From Mustelus asterias (lineage: Eukaryota): 64,000 bases of DNA. The stretch is taken from assembly GCF_964213995.1 (NCBI RefSeq), contig NW_027590147.1, positions 930,001 to 994,000 on the forward strand, in the 5' to 3' direction. The notes under the pieces are model-generated. The model had not been told where the DNA came from and searched no databases. It saw nothing but the letters and a program-made list of their open reading frames with translations. Below are positions 22,241 to 34,968 of the stretch, piece by piece (the first letter of the stretch is position 1; each line of letters opens with the position of its first letter). The position numbers and the translations under genes are program-made.

Positions 22241-22744
22241 AGTCTGTACATTCCACACATTGTTAGTCCAGTCAGATAGACATATATCTGTCTGGGAGCC
22301 TGCATGGAGATTTCCAGCTCTCTGTGTCCAGGACATGGATCTGTCAATCAGCTTGAATCAGCACCTTCAGAAGAATTGGGAGGGTGAATATTAGATACAG
22401 CAGAGTGAGAATGGAGGGAGAGTGTGTGGGACAGGGATTCACAGCTTTTGGGGAATGAGAATTGCTACATCCATCAACCATCCCTGAGCCTTCACAATGA
22501 ATCTCTCTTCTCAGGACACTCTTATCTCTGACTTTGTCTCTACTTGTAGCTGTCTTACAAAGCAGCTGCCTGTCTGCTGATACGAGAGGCCCTGCTGGGC
22601 AAGTTTAATGCTCCATGATTGTGCCTTTAATGACTGAATAGCTATAGGAATGTGGTCAAGCCTGCTAAATCCCATGATGCTTTATATATCAGTCAGTAAT
22701 TCATTTGTTAACACAGTCCACAAGGATATATAAATACATTTAAA

Positions 22745-22878
22745 GGCAAAATATTGCGGATGCTGCGATCTGAAACAAAAACAGCAAATGCTGGAAAATC
22801 TCAGCGGGTCTGACAGCATCTGTGGAGAACTCTTGACAAAAGGGTCATCCACACTTGAAACGTTGGTCTATTCTCTTT
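22745..22878. mobile_element. Penelope-like pseudo-LTR remnant with inverted junction
   Basis: GCTGGAAAATCTCAGCGGGTCTGACAGCATCTGTGGAGA followed by TGACAAAAGGGTCATCC...GAAACGTT; related copies at about 26760, 36610, 48790, 50440 and 61710. Confidence 0.6.
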
Positions 22879-22974
22879 TTAAAATATATATCACACAGCT
22901 GCCTCAGCCTTGGCCCACTCTAACAAATACAATTGTGCAATGGTGACTGGCAGGTCAGACAACTGGTCAGAATA

Positions 22975-23820
22975 TTAAAAATGGCCAAGAATGATGAAAA
23001 GAATGATAAGGGAGAAAAAATTTGAGTATGAGAGAAAGCTTGTTCGAAGTATAAAGACCGATAACAAATGGAGCACTGGCCATAGAGCAATAAAGCACAG
23101 AAACAGGTCCTTGGCCCAACTGGTCCATGCCGACCACTGAACCTGTCCCTCAGAATTCTCTCCAGTCATTTATCCAGCACTGATGTCAGGCTCAGCGGCC
23201 TGCAATTACCAGGCTTCTCTTTGCTACTCGTCTTAAACAACGGAACAACATGAGCTTCAATCTTCCAGAACTTTGCCAGTGGAAGAGAAGAAGCAAATAT
23301 CTCTGCAAGGGCCTCTGCAATTTCTTCCCTAGCCCCCCAAAAGATCCAAGAATACACTTGATCAGGCCCAGGGGATTTATCCACCTTAAAGTGCATTCAG
23401 GCTGAAGATATTTCCACCCAAGTAACATGTGTGTGGCCCAATACATAACCTCTTATTTCTTTAGCACCCATGATATTCTCCTCAGTAAACATGGGGAGAA
23501 ATATTCATTAAAAATCTCAGCCATCTCCTGTGGCTCCACACACAGACAGCTATGCTGATTTTTAAGAAGATCTATTCTGTCTGTAGCCACACTTTTATTC
23601 TTAATATAGCTATAGAGCCTCTTGGGATTTTCTTTAACCTTACCTGCCAGATCTATATCATACCCTCTTTCTGCCCTCCTGATTGCTCTCTGAAGTGTTC
23701 TCTTACACTTTTTAATCACATCAAGTGATTCACTTGTCCCTGATTGCCTAAACCCAATGTATGCTTCCTTCTTTTACCTGACCAGAGCCTCAATGTCCCT
23801 TGTCAGCCAGGGATCCCTGG
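22975..23820 (-). mobile_element. Degenerate CR1 ORF2 fragments
   Basis: KVDKSPGPD, PGNCRPLSLTSV and KENPKRLYSYIK motifs. Confidence 0.75.
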
Positions 23821-24067
23821 CTACATGACCTGAGCAAAGATAACAAGCCTGTACTGTGTTGTCAGCCAGCAGGCTGCTGTGGAAGCTTTCTTCATAACAG
23901 AGCAAGAGCGAGCCCTTTCTATATATTTAATTCAAGATTTTATAAGAGATTAGAGGGCAATTTATTTCGTCCATTACTTCAATTGGACTCGTCTCCATTC
24001 CCGGTATTTCTGGACCAGACGGGACCATTTCCCTTTTTTCTGGTGGATAATGGAAGTGTCACTGTGA

Positions 24068-24480
24068 TTCTGATTTGATTTATTATTATGTGTATTAGTA
24101 TACAGTGAAAAGCATTGTTTCTTGCGCGCTATACAAAGCATACCGTTCATAGAGAAGGAAAGGAGAGGGTGCAGAACGTAGTGTTACAGTCTTAGTAAGG
24201 TGTAGAGAAAGATCAACTTAATGCAATGCAAGACCATTCAATAGTCTGTTGGCAGCAGGGAAGAAACTGTTCTTGAGTCAGTTGGTACTTGACCTCAGAC
24301 TTGTGTATCTTTTTCCCGACAGAAGAGAGTATGTCTGGGGTGTGTGAGGTCCTTAATTATGCTAGCTGCTTTGCCGAGGCAGAGGGAAGTGTAGACAGAG
24401 TCAATGGATGGGAGGCTAGGTTGTGTGATGGATTGGGCTACATTCACGACCTTTTGTGGTTCCTTGTGGTCTTGGGCAGA
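24068..24480 (-). mobile_element. Rex1/Babar-like LINE 3' end that truncates a ZNF
   Basis: Reverse-complement match to 30045-30478, including the (ATTTG)n tail; joined directly to ZNF codons. Confidence 0.8.
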
Positions 24481-24860
24481 ATGAATCCCTTCCCACACAC
24501 AGAATAGGTGACAGGCCTCGCCCCAGTGTGAACTCGATGGTGTCTCAGCAGGTGGGATGACCAAGTGAATCCCCTCCTACACACAGTGCAGGTAAATGGT
24601 TTCTCCCTAGTGTGAACTTGCTGATGTACAATGAGGTTGGATGAATACCTAAACATTTTCCCACAGGATGTGCAGCAGAATAGCTTAACCTCAGCGTGAG
24701 CTTGCAAGTGTGACTGGAGGCAGAATGAGTCAGCAAATCCCTTCCCACACATGGAGCAGGTGAATGGTCTCTCTCCTGTGTGACTGCGTCGATGCTTTTC
24801 CAGCTGGGATGGGTAATTGAATCCCTTCCCACAGTCCTCACATTTCTGTGGTTTCTCCAT
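24444..24860 (-). pseudogene. Truncated C2H2 ZNF (4 fingers), fused to LINE sequence
   Basis: MEKPQKCEDC..., 4 fingers; the fifth breaks at CGKGFIL and the frame runs into Rex1 sequence. Confidence 0.8.
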
Positions 24861-25346
24861 GGTATCAGGGTCCTTGTGTCTCTCCAGGTTGGATGATCAG
24901 TTGAAATCTCGTCCACACACAGAATAAGTGTACAGTTTCTCCTCACTGAATGATGTGATGTTTTTTTCAGACTGTGTAACTGGTTAAAGCTCTTTCCACA
25001 GTCAGTTCACTGGAACACTCTCACTTGTGTGTTTGTGTGTGTGTGTGTGTGAGAGAGAGAGACTCGGTGCTTTTCCAGTCACACGAATTCTTCAAATCTC
25101 TACCCAAGTCAAATCAGAACAAACATTTCTCCTTCCACATTTAAAATCTGATGATATTCAGATCCTGATGAATTGAGCCACTCTGTTTGATCTTGATGTG
25201 ATGTTTGGTTTGAACTTTTGGCTGTAAATCCTCACTTCCAATATTCTGCAAAAGTTTACAAATTTAATCGCTGTCAGAACAGGATAGAAATTCTGAACAG
25301 ACAATTCCAGTTTCTCTGGAACATTTTTTCCTCTCTTTTAAATGTC

Positions 25347-25498
25347 GGTCCCACACACTCTCCCTCCTCCTTGGGCTGAGGTCCCAGTTCAGATGCTGGT
25401 CCCACATTCTCTCTCTCTCTCCTCCCTGAGCTAAGATCCCAGTTTAGATGCTGGTCCCACACACTCACCCTCCTCCCTGGGCTGAGATCCCAGTTCAG
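25347..25498. repeat. About three 51-55-bp tandem repeats
   Basis: GGTCCCACA(C/T)..CTC..CCTCC.TG.GCT.AG.TCCCAGTT.AG repeated three times. Confidence 0.75.
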
Positions 25499-25519
25499 TG
25501 TTTGGATGAGTCTCTCTGT

Positions 25520-26045
25520 GTCCCCGGGCGGTGCATTGAGAATCCGATCGCCTTCATCCCGATACCGCACCGACACTGCGCATGTTTCATTCTCAGCCCG
25601 ACCCCGCCCCTCATTCAGTCCGATTGGTTGGAGCATCAGCCGCTCACCCTCTGACCTCCAGCATCTCCTCTTCCGATTGGTCCGGAATCGGTGTCAATCA
25701 TTGTGTTGGCACATGCGCAGTCGGTAGAGACGGAAGGCAAGAGCTCGAGCGAGAGGTTTTAAAATGCGAGTTTTGCAAAGGGCGAGTGCGGATCCAGAGC
25801 CAAAAATAAATCCGTAAACATAAATAGAGCCAGCAGGTAAGTTGGAGAGGCTTCATAAGCCCTCGGCTTCACTAAACCCTCAATAAGCTTTCGGTCCCGC
25901 GTTTGCTCGGCGCGGCGATCTTTCTCCAGGAGAGACCCCAGATACCGGCCACCATCTTTATAGAGGCAATCTGCACCAAAGCGCATGCGCTGCTGCCATC
26001 TTTATGCGGGGCAATGTGCACTCAAGTGCATGCGCAATCTCCATG
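25520..26045. promoter_or_regulatory. CpG-island bidirectional promoter between the ZNFs at 24860(-) and 28094(+)
   Basis: CTGCGCATG, CCCCGCCCC, ATTGG x2, CCATCTT (YY1) x2, GCGCATGCGC. Confidence 0.7.
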
Positions 26046-26049
26046 CAAT

Positions 26050-26860
26050 CGCAGAATGTACAACATCTGCCTCTTTACCTGCTCATTGCCCAAGGAGAAA
26101 TACTCCTTTCAGGTGATGCAGCATTTCACTTATACTTCCTCCAACTTGGTGAATTATATTCACTGCTCCCTTTGTGGTCTCCTCTACATTGGGGATATTA
26201 AACATACACTGGGTGACTGCTTTGTGGAAACATCTTTCACTCCAGCCCCAAGCTTGACCCCAACCTTCCGGTCACTTACCATTTCAACTCAGCGTCTTGC
26301 TCTCATGCCCACCCTTGGTCTGCTGCAATGCTTCAGTGATACACAATGCAAACTGAATGAAAAACACCTCATCTTCCAATTGGGCAAGTTACAGTCTTCT
26401 GGACTCAACATTGCATTCAACATCTTTAGAATGTGAACTTTCCCTTCCATCTTCACTCTCCTTTTTTGTTTTCTGCTATTCAGTTCCTCTTGGCTTGTCC
26501 CAACACAACTGCCCTGCATGGCCACTGTCCCTTGTTGTTCAGTTTTGCTCCCACTGAGTACTGACCTCTGATCTTCCATTAACACATTCCGTATCTAACC
26601 TTTGCCACAGTCAACATTCTTCAATCCCTAATGATTCCATTAACACCCTCTTTTTTCTCAAGCCCCTGACATCATTATCAATCTCTCCTTAACTCTGACC
26701 GATCACTAGCTTTCCATTCTGCCCCACCCCTCTTCAAGTTTATCATTTATATCTTTTTTATGTTCTGTAGAAGGGTCACATGGACTCAAACATTAACTTT
26801 GTTTCTCTCCACAATTGCTCCCATTCTTGCTGAGTTTATCCAGCATTTTCTGTTTTTATG
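26050..26860 (+). mobile_element. Penelope-like element 3' remnant: GIY-YIG endonuclease + pseudo-LTR
   Basis: HFTYTSSNLVNYIHCSLCGLLYIGDIKHTLGDCF...EKHLIFQLGKLQSSGLNI matches the PLE GIY-YIG pattern; degenerate hammerhead/pLTR at about 26763-26858. Confidence 0.8.
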
Positions 26861-26973
26861 CATGATCTTTATAGGTGGCAATAAGCCATTCATAAAATGT
26901 GCGTTCACTGGGACTTTCAGATCAGCAATAATAGAATTGTAAACCCATGGTCGCTCAGTAGTATGGAATTTAA

Positions 26974-27365
26974 GTATTGCTGATTGAAAGAGATGTGTTT
27001 TTGAAGCTTTTCATCTTGCACTCATCCAGACAGATGCAGAAATACAATTTTTCAAAGCAAACAACAATTGCTGCTGCATGAGGAACATGTATTGACTAGT
27101 TCGACAGTCAGTTCTGATTGGTTAGGATGTTGCCATGGAGAATGCACCAGGGAACTATCACTCCTGCCTTTGTTTAGTTTCAGAAAAGGCCCATTGCTTG
27201 GACATGTTCCTTCTACATGCAGAGGACAGCTCCCTGTGTTTGACTATATATAGCTTCTCGCAAGTGTAAGTAAAACACTTCACAAGTCCAACTGATAATC
27301 TTTACAATTTGGTATGTTTGTGTCTGTCCAGATGAGTATAAGATACAAAAGGTTTTTAGCAATAC
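26974..27365. mobile_element. Old element with about 70-bp degenerate inverted termini (probably a second Penelope-like family)
   Basis: Reverse complement of left arm CTGTCTGGATGAGTGCAAGATGAAAAGCTTC...AGCAATAC versus right arm CTGTCCAGATGAGTATAAGATACAAAAGGTT...AGCAATAC. Confidence 0.5.
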
Positions 27366-28093
27366 TCCAGTGCCTTAAAGGACAAAAATACAGCAGCTAG
27401 AGGGAGAGGTGAAGGGGGAGGGTTTCAGAGTTTGGGGATGAGAGACTGAAGGCATGGTCTCAAATGGTGGAGCAATTAAATAGTGAATGTACAAGAGGCC
27501 AGAATTAGAGCAGCACAGATATCTCAGCGGGTTGCGGGGCTGGAGGATAATATAGAGATAGGGAGGGATGAAGCCCTGGAGAGATTTGAACACAAAGAGG
27601 AAAATTTTAAACTAAAGACATGAGTGGGACAGGAATTTGCAACTTTGGGGATCAAGAGATCAAAGTGTTCCATAGGAACTAGAATTTCCTGTTCTTCCGG
27701 TGACGACTTTGTAAACTCTTTTTGCAGAGAATTAAAACGGGAGGATTTGCAGACGAGAAACTCAAACCAAGTATCATGTAAAGAGCCGACAGAGTCACTC
27801 GATTAATCAGAATTTGAATATCATCAGTCTTCGAATGTGGAAGGAGAAATGTTTGTCTGTTCTGCCTGTGGGAAAAGGTTTGAAATATCAGTGTGAATGG
27901 AAAAGCACCGAGACACACACACACCCGAGTGAGAGTGTTCCAGTGAACTGACTGTGGAAAGAGCTTTAACCAGTTACACAGCCTGAAAAAACATCACACA
28001 GTTCACAGTGAGGAGAAATTGTCCACGTGTTCTGTGTGTTCATGAGGCTTCAACTGATCATCCAACCTGGAGGGACACAAGGACACCAACACC

Positions 28094-28852
28094 ATGGAGA
28101 AACCGTGGAAATGTGGGGAGTGTGGGAAAGGATTCAATTCTCCATCCCTGCTGGAAATTCATCAGCGCAGTCACACTGGGGAGAGGCCGTTCATCTGCTC
28201 AGAGTGTGGGAAAGGATTCACTCAGTCATCCCAATTGCTAACACACCAGCGGTTTCACACTGGAGAGAGACCATTCATCTGCTTGGAGTGTGGAAAGAGA
28301 TTCACTCAGTTATCTGACCTGTCGAGACACCAGCGAGTTCACACTGGGGAGACACAGTTCACCTGCCCTGAGTGTGGAAAAGGATTCATTCAGTCATCCA
28401 ATCTGCTGAAACACCAGCAAGTTCACACTGGGGAGAGACCATTCACCTGCCCTGTATGTGGGAAAGGATTCACTGGGCCCTCTGATTTGCTAAGTCACCA
28501 GCGAATTCACACTGAGGAAAAGCTGTTCAGCTGCACTTCCTGTGGAAAGAGATTCAGGTCTTCAGCCCAGCTCAGTGTACACCAGCGAGTTCACACTGGG
28601 GAGAAGCCATTCATCTGCTCTGAGTGTGGGAATAAATTTTCTCAGTTATCTCACCTGCAGACACACCAGCGAACACACACTGGAGAGAGACCATTCACCT
28701 GCTCTGAGTGTGGGAACAAATTCACTTGTTCATCGCACCTGAGGAGACACCAGCATGTTCACACAAGGGAGAGGCCATTCACCTGCTCCGAGTGTGGGAA
28801 GGGATTCACTCAGTCTGGCAGCCTGCTGCGGCACCAACGAGTTCACAATTAA
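28094..28852 (+). CDS. C2H2 zinc-finger protein, 9 fingers
   Basis: Intact 252-aa ORF, CACCATGG start, [10 protein letters not shown]. Confidence 0.9.
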   Translation: MEKPWKCGECGKGFNSPSLLEIHQRSHTGERPFICSECGKGFTQSSQLLTHQRFHTGERPFICLECGKRFTQLSDLSRHQRVHTGETQFTCPECGKGFIQSSNLLKHQQVHTGERPFTCPVCGKGFTGPSDLLSHQRIHTEEKLFSCTSCGKRFRSSAQLSVHQRVHTGEKPFICSECGNKFSQLSHLQTHQRTHTGERPFTCSECGNKFTCSSHLRRHQHVHTRERPFTCSECGKGFTQSGSLLRHQRVHN

Positions 28853-28899
28853 CTGCAGGGATTGGATTCTGCTGTTAGTGCAGTTCAATACTGACAGTT

Positions 28900-29190
28900 C
28901 ATAAGTCCATAAGACATAGGAGCAGAATTAGGCCATTCGGCCCATCGAGTCTGCTCCGCCATTCAATCATGGCTGATTTTTTTCTCATGCCCATTCTCCT
29001 GCCTTTTCCCCATAACCCCTGATCTCTGATCTATCTCTGTCTTAAAGACACTCAATGACCCGGCCTCCACAGCCTTCTGTGGCAAAGAGTTCCACAGATT
29101 CACCATTTCCTGGCTGAAGAAATTCCTCCTCATCTCTGTTTTAAAGGATTGTCCCTTTAGCCTGAGGTTGTGCCCTCTGGTTCTAGTTTT
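28900..29190 (-). mobile_element. CR1 3' fragment
   Basis: CATAAGTCCATAAGACATAGG tail; TRTRGHNLRLKG...RRNFFSQ. Confidence 0.8.
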
Positions 29191-29614
29191 ATCTGGTTTG
29201 GATTTTGTTTTGTTGATGTTAATAATCCCTGTAACTGGGCTGAAGTTTAAAATTCTAGATCTGGAGCTGATTGTGTTCTCAGGGCTGCAGCTTCCCTTTA
29301 AGAACCGCTGCCTCTGATCTTTCCCCATAACTCAGCAACTCTCATCAGAAATTAGTTTACAACAAGATTCTGAACTTTTACTTCAATCCTAAATTGATCT
29401 TTGGTACAAACTCTACAATTCAGTGTCTGAGAGGTTCCACTGATGAACATCTCCAATTAGAAAGTGCTGATTAATCCTTGCTGACAATTCTTACTGACTT
29501 GCACATTACACACAGTGACACCTCCATTATCCACCAGAAAGAAGGGGAATGAGAATTGATGGAGAATCGTGAGTTCCCAAATCTTACCCCTCCTGTGGGT
29601 CCAGAATTTCGATT

Positions 29615-30478
29615 TTCAAGTTTGCTGACGACACCACCATAGTGGGTCGGATCTCAAACAATGACGGGACAGAGAACAGGAATGAGATGGAGAATCTGGT
29701 GAACTGGTGCGGTAACAATAATCTCTGCCTCAATGTCAACAAAACAAAGGAGATTGTCATCGACTTCAGGAAGCGTAAAGAAGAACATGTCCCTGTCTAC
29801 ATCAACGGGGACGAAGTAGAAAGGGTCGAGAGCTTCAAGTTTTTACATGTCCAGATCACCAACAACCTGTCCTGGTCCCCCCATGCCGACACTATAGTTA
29901 AGAAAGCTCACCAGTGCCTCTACTTTCTCAGAAGACTGAGGAAATTTGGCATGTCAGTTACGACTCTCACCAACTTTTACAGATGCACCAAAGAAAGCAT
30001 TCTTTCTGGTTGTATCACAGCTTGGTATGGCTCCTGCTCTGCCCAAGACGCAAGAAACTACAAAAGGTCGTGAATGTAGCCCAATCCATCACGCAAACCA
30101 GCCTCCCATTCATTGACTCTGTCTACACTTCCCGCTGCCTCGGCAAAGCAGCCAGCATAATTAAGGACCCCATGCACCCCAGACATACTTTCTTCCACCT
30201 TCTTTCCTCGGGGAAAAAGATACAAAAGTTTGAGGTCACATACAACTGACTCAAGAACAGCTTCTTCCCTGCTGCCATCAGACTTTTGAATGCACCTACC
30301 TCACATTAAGTTGATCCTTCTCTGCACCCTAGCTATGACTGGCTGTGATTGTAACACTACATTCTGCACTCTCTCGTTTCCTTCTTTATGAACAGTATGC
30401 TTGTCTGTATAGCGCACAAGAAACAATACTTTTCACTGTATACTAATACATGTGACAATAAATCAAATCAAATCAAAA
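29615..30478 (+). mobile_element. 5'-truncated Rex1/Babar-like LINE
   Basis: KFADDTTIVGRISNND...LNVNKTKEIVIDFRK...LYFLRRLRKFG...CITAWYG; AATAAATCAAATCAAATC tail. Confidence 0.8.
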
Positions 30479-30529
30479 AAGTATTCCCCTCAGCTCGGGA
30501 GTGCACACAAGTTCCAATCCAAGTACTAG

Positions 30530-31950
30530 GCTGTAAAAAAAAAATCACTGTCCGATAACCCTATAAAATCTTAAGAAATTTCTGGATTATTATAGAAGTA
30601 GCTCACTGTCTTATGAAGAAAGCTTCTACAGCAGGTTACTGGCTGACAAACACAGGACAGACCAGTTAACTCTGTTTGCAGCACAGGCCTTCGATCTCAT
30701 GACCCTCATGTAATCTAACTGTCTGCGTGAAGGTTAAAACAGGCTCTCGAGAGCGAAGAGATTTTGAAGTGATCCGTACTGGCTTCAGCCCAACACCCGC
30801 ACTCTGGCTCACAACAGTTAACCATTCAGAGGAGACTGCAGCCACCAGCTACAGAGACCAGCACTCTCTCTGTGTCACCCTGTTTGTCCTCTGGGACTGG
30901 TAAATCATTCTCACCTGTCAGTTTGTGGGTTTTTCCTGTTTATTTGCCTTCTGCATCACACTTAAACTGTTGTTCCTCAATGAACTACTTTAAGTCACTT
31001 CTGAGCTCAACACCCTTTTTGGGTAATCTGTGATTTGTGAAGCTAAATCTTACAAGTGGTGTTCGGAGTGGGATCAGTTTTCGTTAAACATGAATGGAGA
31101 AGTTCCTAAGTGAAGCCAGGACGATACAATGGCACTGCCTCATTACAGGGAATGACTGATAGATAGTCTGAGAGAAAACAGGCCGGCCGGGGGTGAGAGA
31201 TATCCTGTGGATTGGAGAAGAGGGTGACACGGATTACGAGTATATCCTCAATAGGATTTCTAAACCGGTTCACAAAGGACAAATTGATGAGGTCCAGAAT
31301 CAGTTAGAAAATATCCACAAGGTGGATGCAAGTGAACAGAGACCTGGAGAATCTTTAAAGTTCGTGCATGAACGTGTGTTTGAACCAGATGTATTTACAG
31401 CATGTCAATAATTTAGAATTGTGAAAGATGATCTGCAGGTGGGGAGGATGAATCGAAGTCAACAGTTATCACACTTACTGGAAAAGTTTTGACATTTACT
31501 CTCGATGGCAGCTTATGGATTTGTGTGGCTGATTCTGATCATTCGAGTAGCTTCAGTCTGTTATCCAGGGAATGTCATTCAGAAATTAGGAAAGCAAGCT
31601 TGGAAACAGCTTAAAATGGTGAGGTTCGTCTGAAATCAGTTGAGATGTCAATAAGGATAATCCCTCTCTTGGTGGGGACATCTTTAAGAAATCACCAATA
31701 ACCTTATATAAATCTTTGGAAATGTATTGACTATTATGGGGGTCTCTCTCTCACTCCTTTTCTTATCAGGAAAGCTTCCTGGGTTGATAAACACAGGACA
31801 GTGTGGACCTGTTGTCTCTGCCAAAGACACTTCTGTAGCACAGAACCTGAAACAAGACAAACTTGATCGGCTTGGGGGGTTGTCATGACTCACATGGAAA
31901 CCAACTGTCTGAGTAACGATTAAGCCGGATGTCCGAGCAAGCAATGAGCC
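30530..31950 (+). mobile_element. Internally deleted, old LTR retrotransposon (Gypsy-like)
   Basis: LTR-like block ending ...TCTTACA (31054); PBS-like TGGTGTTCGGAGTGGGAT; gag-like QRPGES; second diverged LTR-like block from about 31680 after GGTGGGGA. Confidence 0.5.
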
Positions 31951-32329
31951 ACAAAATGACTTCATGAATATTCGATGGGAATAGGAGGGATTACCTTGAT
32001 TATCTGTGCTTGACTAATGGACAATTGAATAAGTGATTGATGTAAGACCCCAAAAATAAGGTTTATGAATGGGCCTTTGAGAGGGTAAATCACATCAGAC
32101 AGCAAAGAACTTCTCAAAGTGATCCATCCATCCACATTTGTCCCTCTTCATTGGAGGTGTGAGAAACAGGTTTATAGATGTGGCCTAATGTACAATGAAT
32201 GATGACACTTTAAAATGGAAATTCCACACAAGTTGCTGAAATCGAGTGTCTGTTGCCATGGCTACAGAGTAGGTTTGTGAATGTGCCAAAGACTCACAAG
32301 CAGAGCGATCAGTCTAAATCACTTCTGAA

Positions 32330-32960
32330 AGTTACTGTTGGATCTCCACCAGTCATTCAGACAATGTGTTCCAGATCGTCATAATTCACTGAGTAAAATT
32401 ATCTCTACTCCATCCTGGATATTTTGCTAATTATTTTAAATCCGGGATCTGTGGTTACCAACCATCCCCACAATGGAAACAATTTCTCCCGATGTAGATG
32501 GGAAATGTTTTTTAAAAATCCACACCTCTATTAAATCATTCCTTAACCTTCTCAGCTTGAATAAGAACAATCCCAGCTGCTGCAGTCTCTCCACAGAACT
32601 AAAACCTCTCATCCCTGATACTATTCTGGGAAATTTTCCCTGCACCCTCTCCAAGACCTTGACATCTTTCCCAAAGTGCGGTGCTCAGCATTGAACACAA
32701 TATTTCAGCTGGGGATTAATCAGTGATTTATTAAGATTTACTATAATTGTCTTGCTTTTGTACTCCATGTCTCCATTAATAAACGGAGAACCTATTAGTT
32801 TTATATTTAAACAGCTTGATCAACTTGTCCTGTCACAGTAAAGCATTTGTTTACATCCACTCCCAAGTCACTGCATTCCTGCATTCTGTTTAAAATTGTC
32901 CCATTTAGTTTATTCTGCCTCTCCTCATTCTTCCTTCCAAAATCTATCATTGACTGAATC
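32330..32960 (-). mobile_element. Old CR1 fragment
   Basis: ERVQGKFPRIVSGMRGFS...RRLRNDLIEV. Confidence 0.65.
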
Positions 32961-33989
32961 ACTTTGGGATGCTCTAAGGGTGTGAAAGTTTCTGAATGAA
33001 CACAAGAACTTTCTTTCTCTTTTACAGCTGATTTTGATTTTGTAGATTTTGCTCCAAAGGTTAAATAGGGATTGATATTCAAAGTTAATTATGTGACTGA
33101 TCAGGAACAACTTTAGCTGGGAGTGAGTGAATTGAAATTTAAGTTAGTTTATTTGGTTGGCCAAAAAGATTTGAATCAGTGAATCGAGAGGAAAGATCCC
33201 AGACAGCGGTTCTTCAAGGTCCACTGCAGGCCTGACAGTTCAATCAGATCCACTCTCAGCTCAGGAGAGCTCAAAAACTCCACAGACTGTCCACAGGGGA
33301 GTTCTCCTGCTGCAGTGGGACCAACATTCCTGCCTTAACTAACACTACTATGGGTTAGTCGGTGTAGTAGGTAAAAAATACCTCTGAGGCTGGTATGAGT
33401 CAAAATAAAGTAGGCTTTATTCTCACAAGCTCACGGGAGAACTTGACCCCTTGAAAGCGGAAGCCAAAGTTCTCCCTGAACACAGAAAAGTGGGGATATA
33501 TATACATTATGGCTCCCAGCACCAGTCACGACACAAACACTGGTCTGGTCATGAATCAAAGTCCAGTTCTCTGGCAGCTGTAGTCACGATACAGTCTGAG
33601 GTTTCCTGCTCTTCCACGGCCCTTCCTTTGAAGTTACCGGCACAATTGTAGCTGGCCCAGCGGGAGTCCTCCTTTAAATGGCCGTTATCATGCTCCACAT
33701 CTTGTAATTGCCTTCCTTCCTCAAACCACAGACAAGCTTGTAGAAAAGGTAAGACTTTACAAACATTACATTGATATTTTGCTGTCTGTCTTTATAAGAA
33801 TGAAGTTAAAGAATGAAACCATGAATAAATAACTTATATTCATGCCTGAAGCACTATAAACAAGGGGATTAGCCATAATGAAGGGTCATGCTTGTGATAC
33901 ATTCTAAGTACAAAGTTCAACCTTTTAGGTACAAAATACATTAACCCTTTCCCTTCTTCAATCGGTCTGACTGCTGTTTGTGGAATCTT

Positions 33990-34590
33990 ACTGTGTACAA
34001 ACTGACTTGAGAAACAGTAACAACTTGTATAAGTTGTTGGTGAGGCCACACCTGGAGTACTATGTACAGTTTTGGTCTCCTTATTTGAGAAAGGATATCC
34101 TGACACTGGAGGGGGTGCAGAGGAAGTTCATGAGGTTGATTCTGGAATTGAGAGGGTTGGCTTTTGGAGAAAGACTAAGTAGACTGGGACTATACTCATT
34201 GGAATTCAGAAGAATGAGGGGAGATCTTATAGAAACATATAAGATTATGAAGGGAATGGATAAGATAGAAATAAGGAGGTTGTTTCCATTGGCAGGTGAA
34301 ACTAGAACTAGGGGTCATGGCCTCAAAATAAGGCAGAGCAGATTTAGGACTGAGTTGAGGAGGAACTTGTGAATCTGTGGAATTCCCTGTCCACTGAAGC
34401 AGTTGAGGCTACCTCATTGAATGTTTTCAAGGCCAGATAGATAAATGTTTGAACAGTAAATGAATTAAGGGTTATGGTCAGTGGGTGGGTAAGCGGAGCT
34501 GAGTCCACAAAAAGATCAATGATCTTATTGAATGGCGGAGCAGGCTCGAGGGGCCAGATGGCCTACACCTGCTCCTAGTTCTTATGTCTT
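33990..34590 (+). mobile_element. CR1 3' fragment
   Basis: LVRPHLEYYVQFWSPYLRKD...RRMRGDLIETYKIMKG; TTCTTATG tail. Confidence 0.85.
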
Positions 34591-34968
34591 TATAGAACAT
34601 GTTTAATGTAATAAAACATCCCACTATGCTTCAGAGGAGTTTGAGAAAGAAAAAACGGAGTCACATGGGAAATATTTGGATAAATGGACAAAACCATGAT
34701 TGGAGAGGCAGATTATAACAATCACTTTTAACCAGGAGAGAGTGTTGGAGAGGACAGAGAGCTTGAGGGAGCCTTTGAAAAGGAACTACCTTGTGTTTGT
34801 GATGTTAAAAGATTCAGACATTGGTATTTAACATAAAGCTGATTTATTTGACTTTTATCGAGAATATTAACATCTATAAGTAGGCTGGAGTTTATTATCA
34901 GCAGAAATAGACCCTGATCAGCAATGTTCATTCCTGACTTGATTAACCACAAAATCTAATCATTGTAG

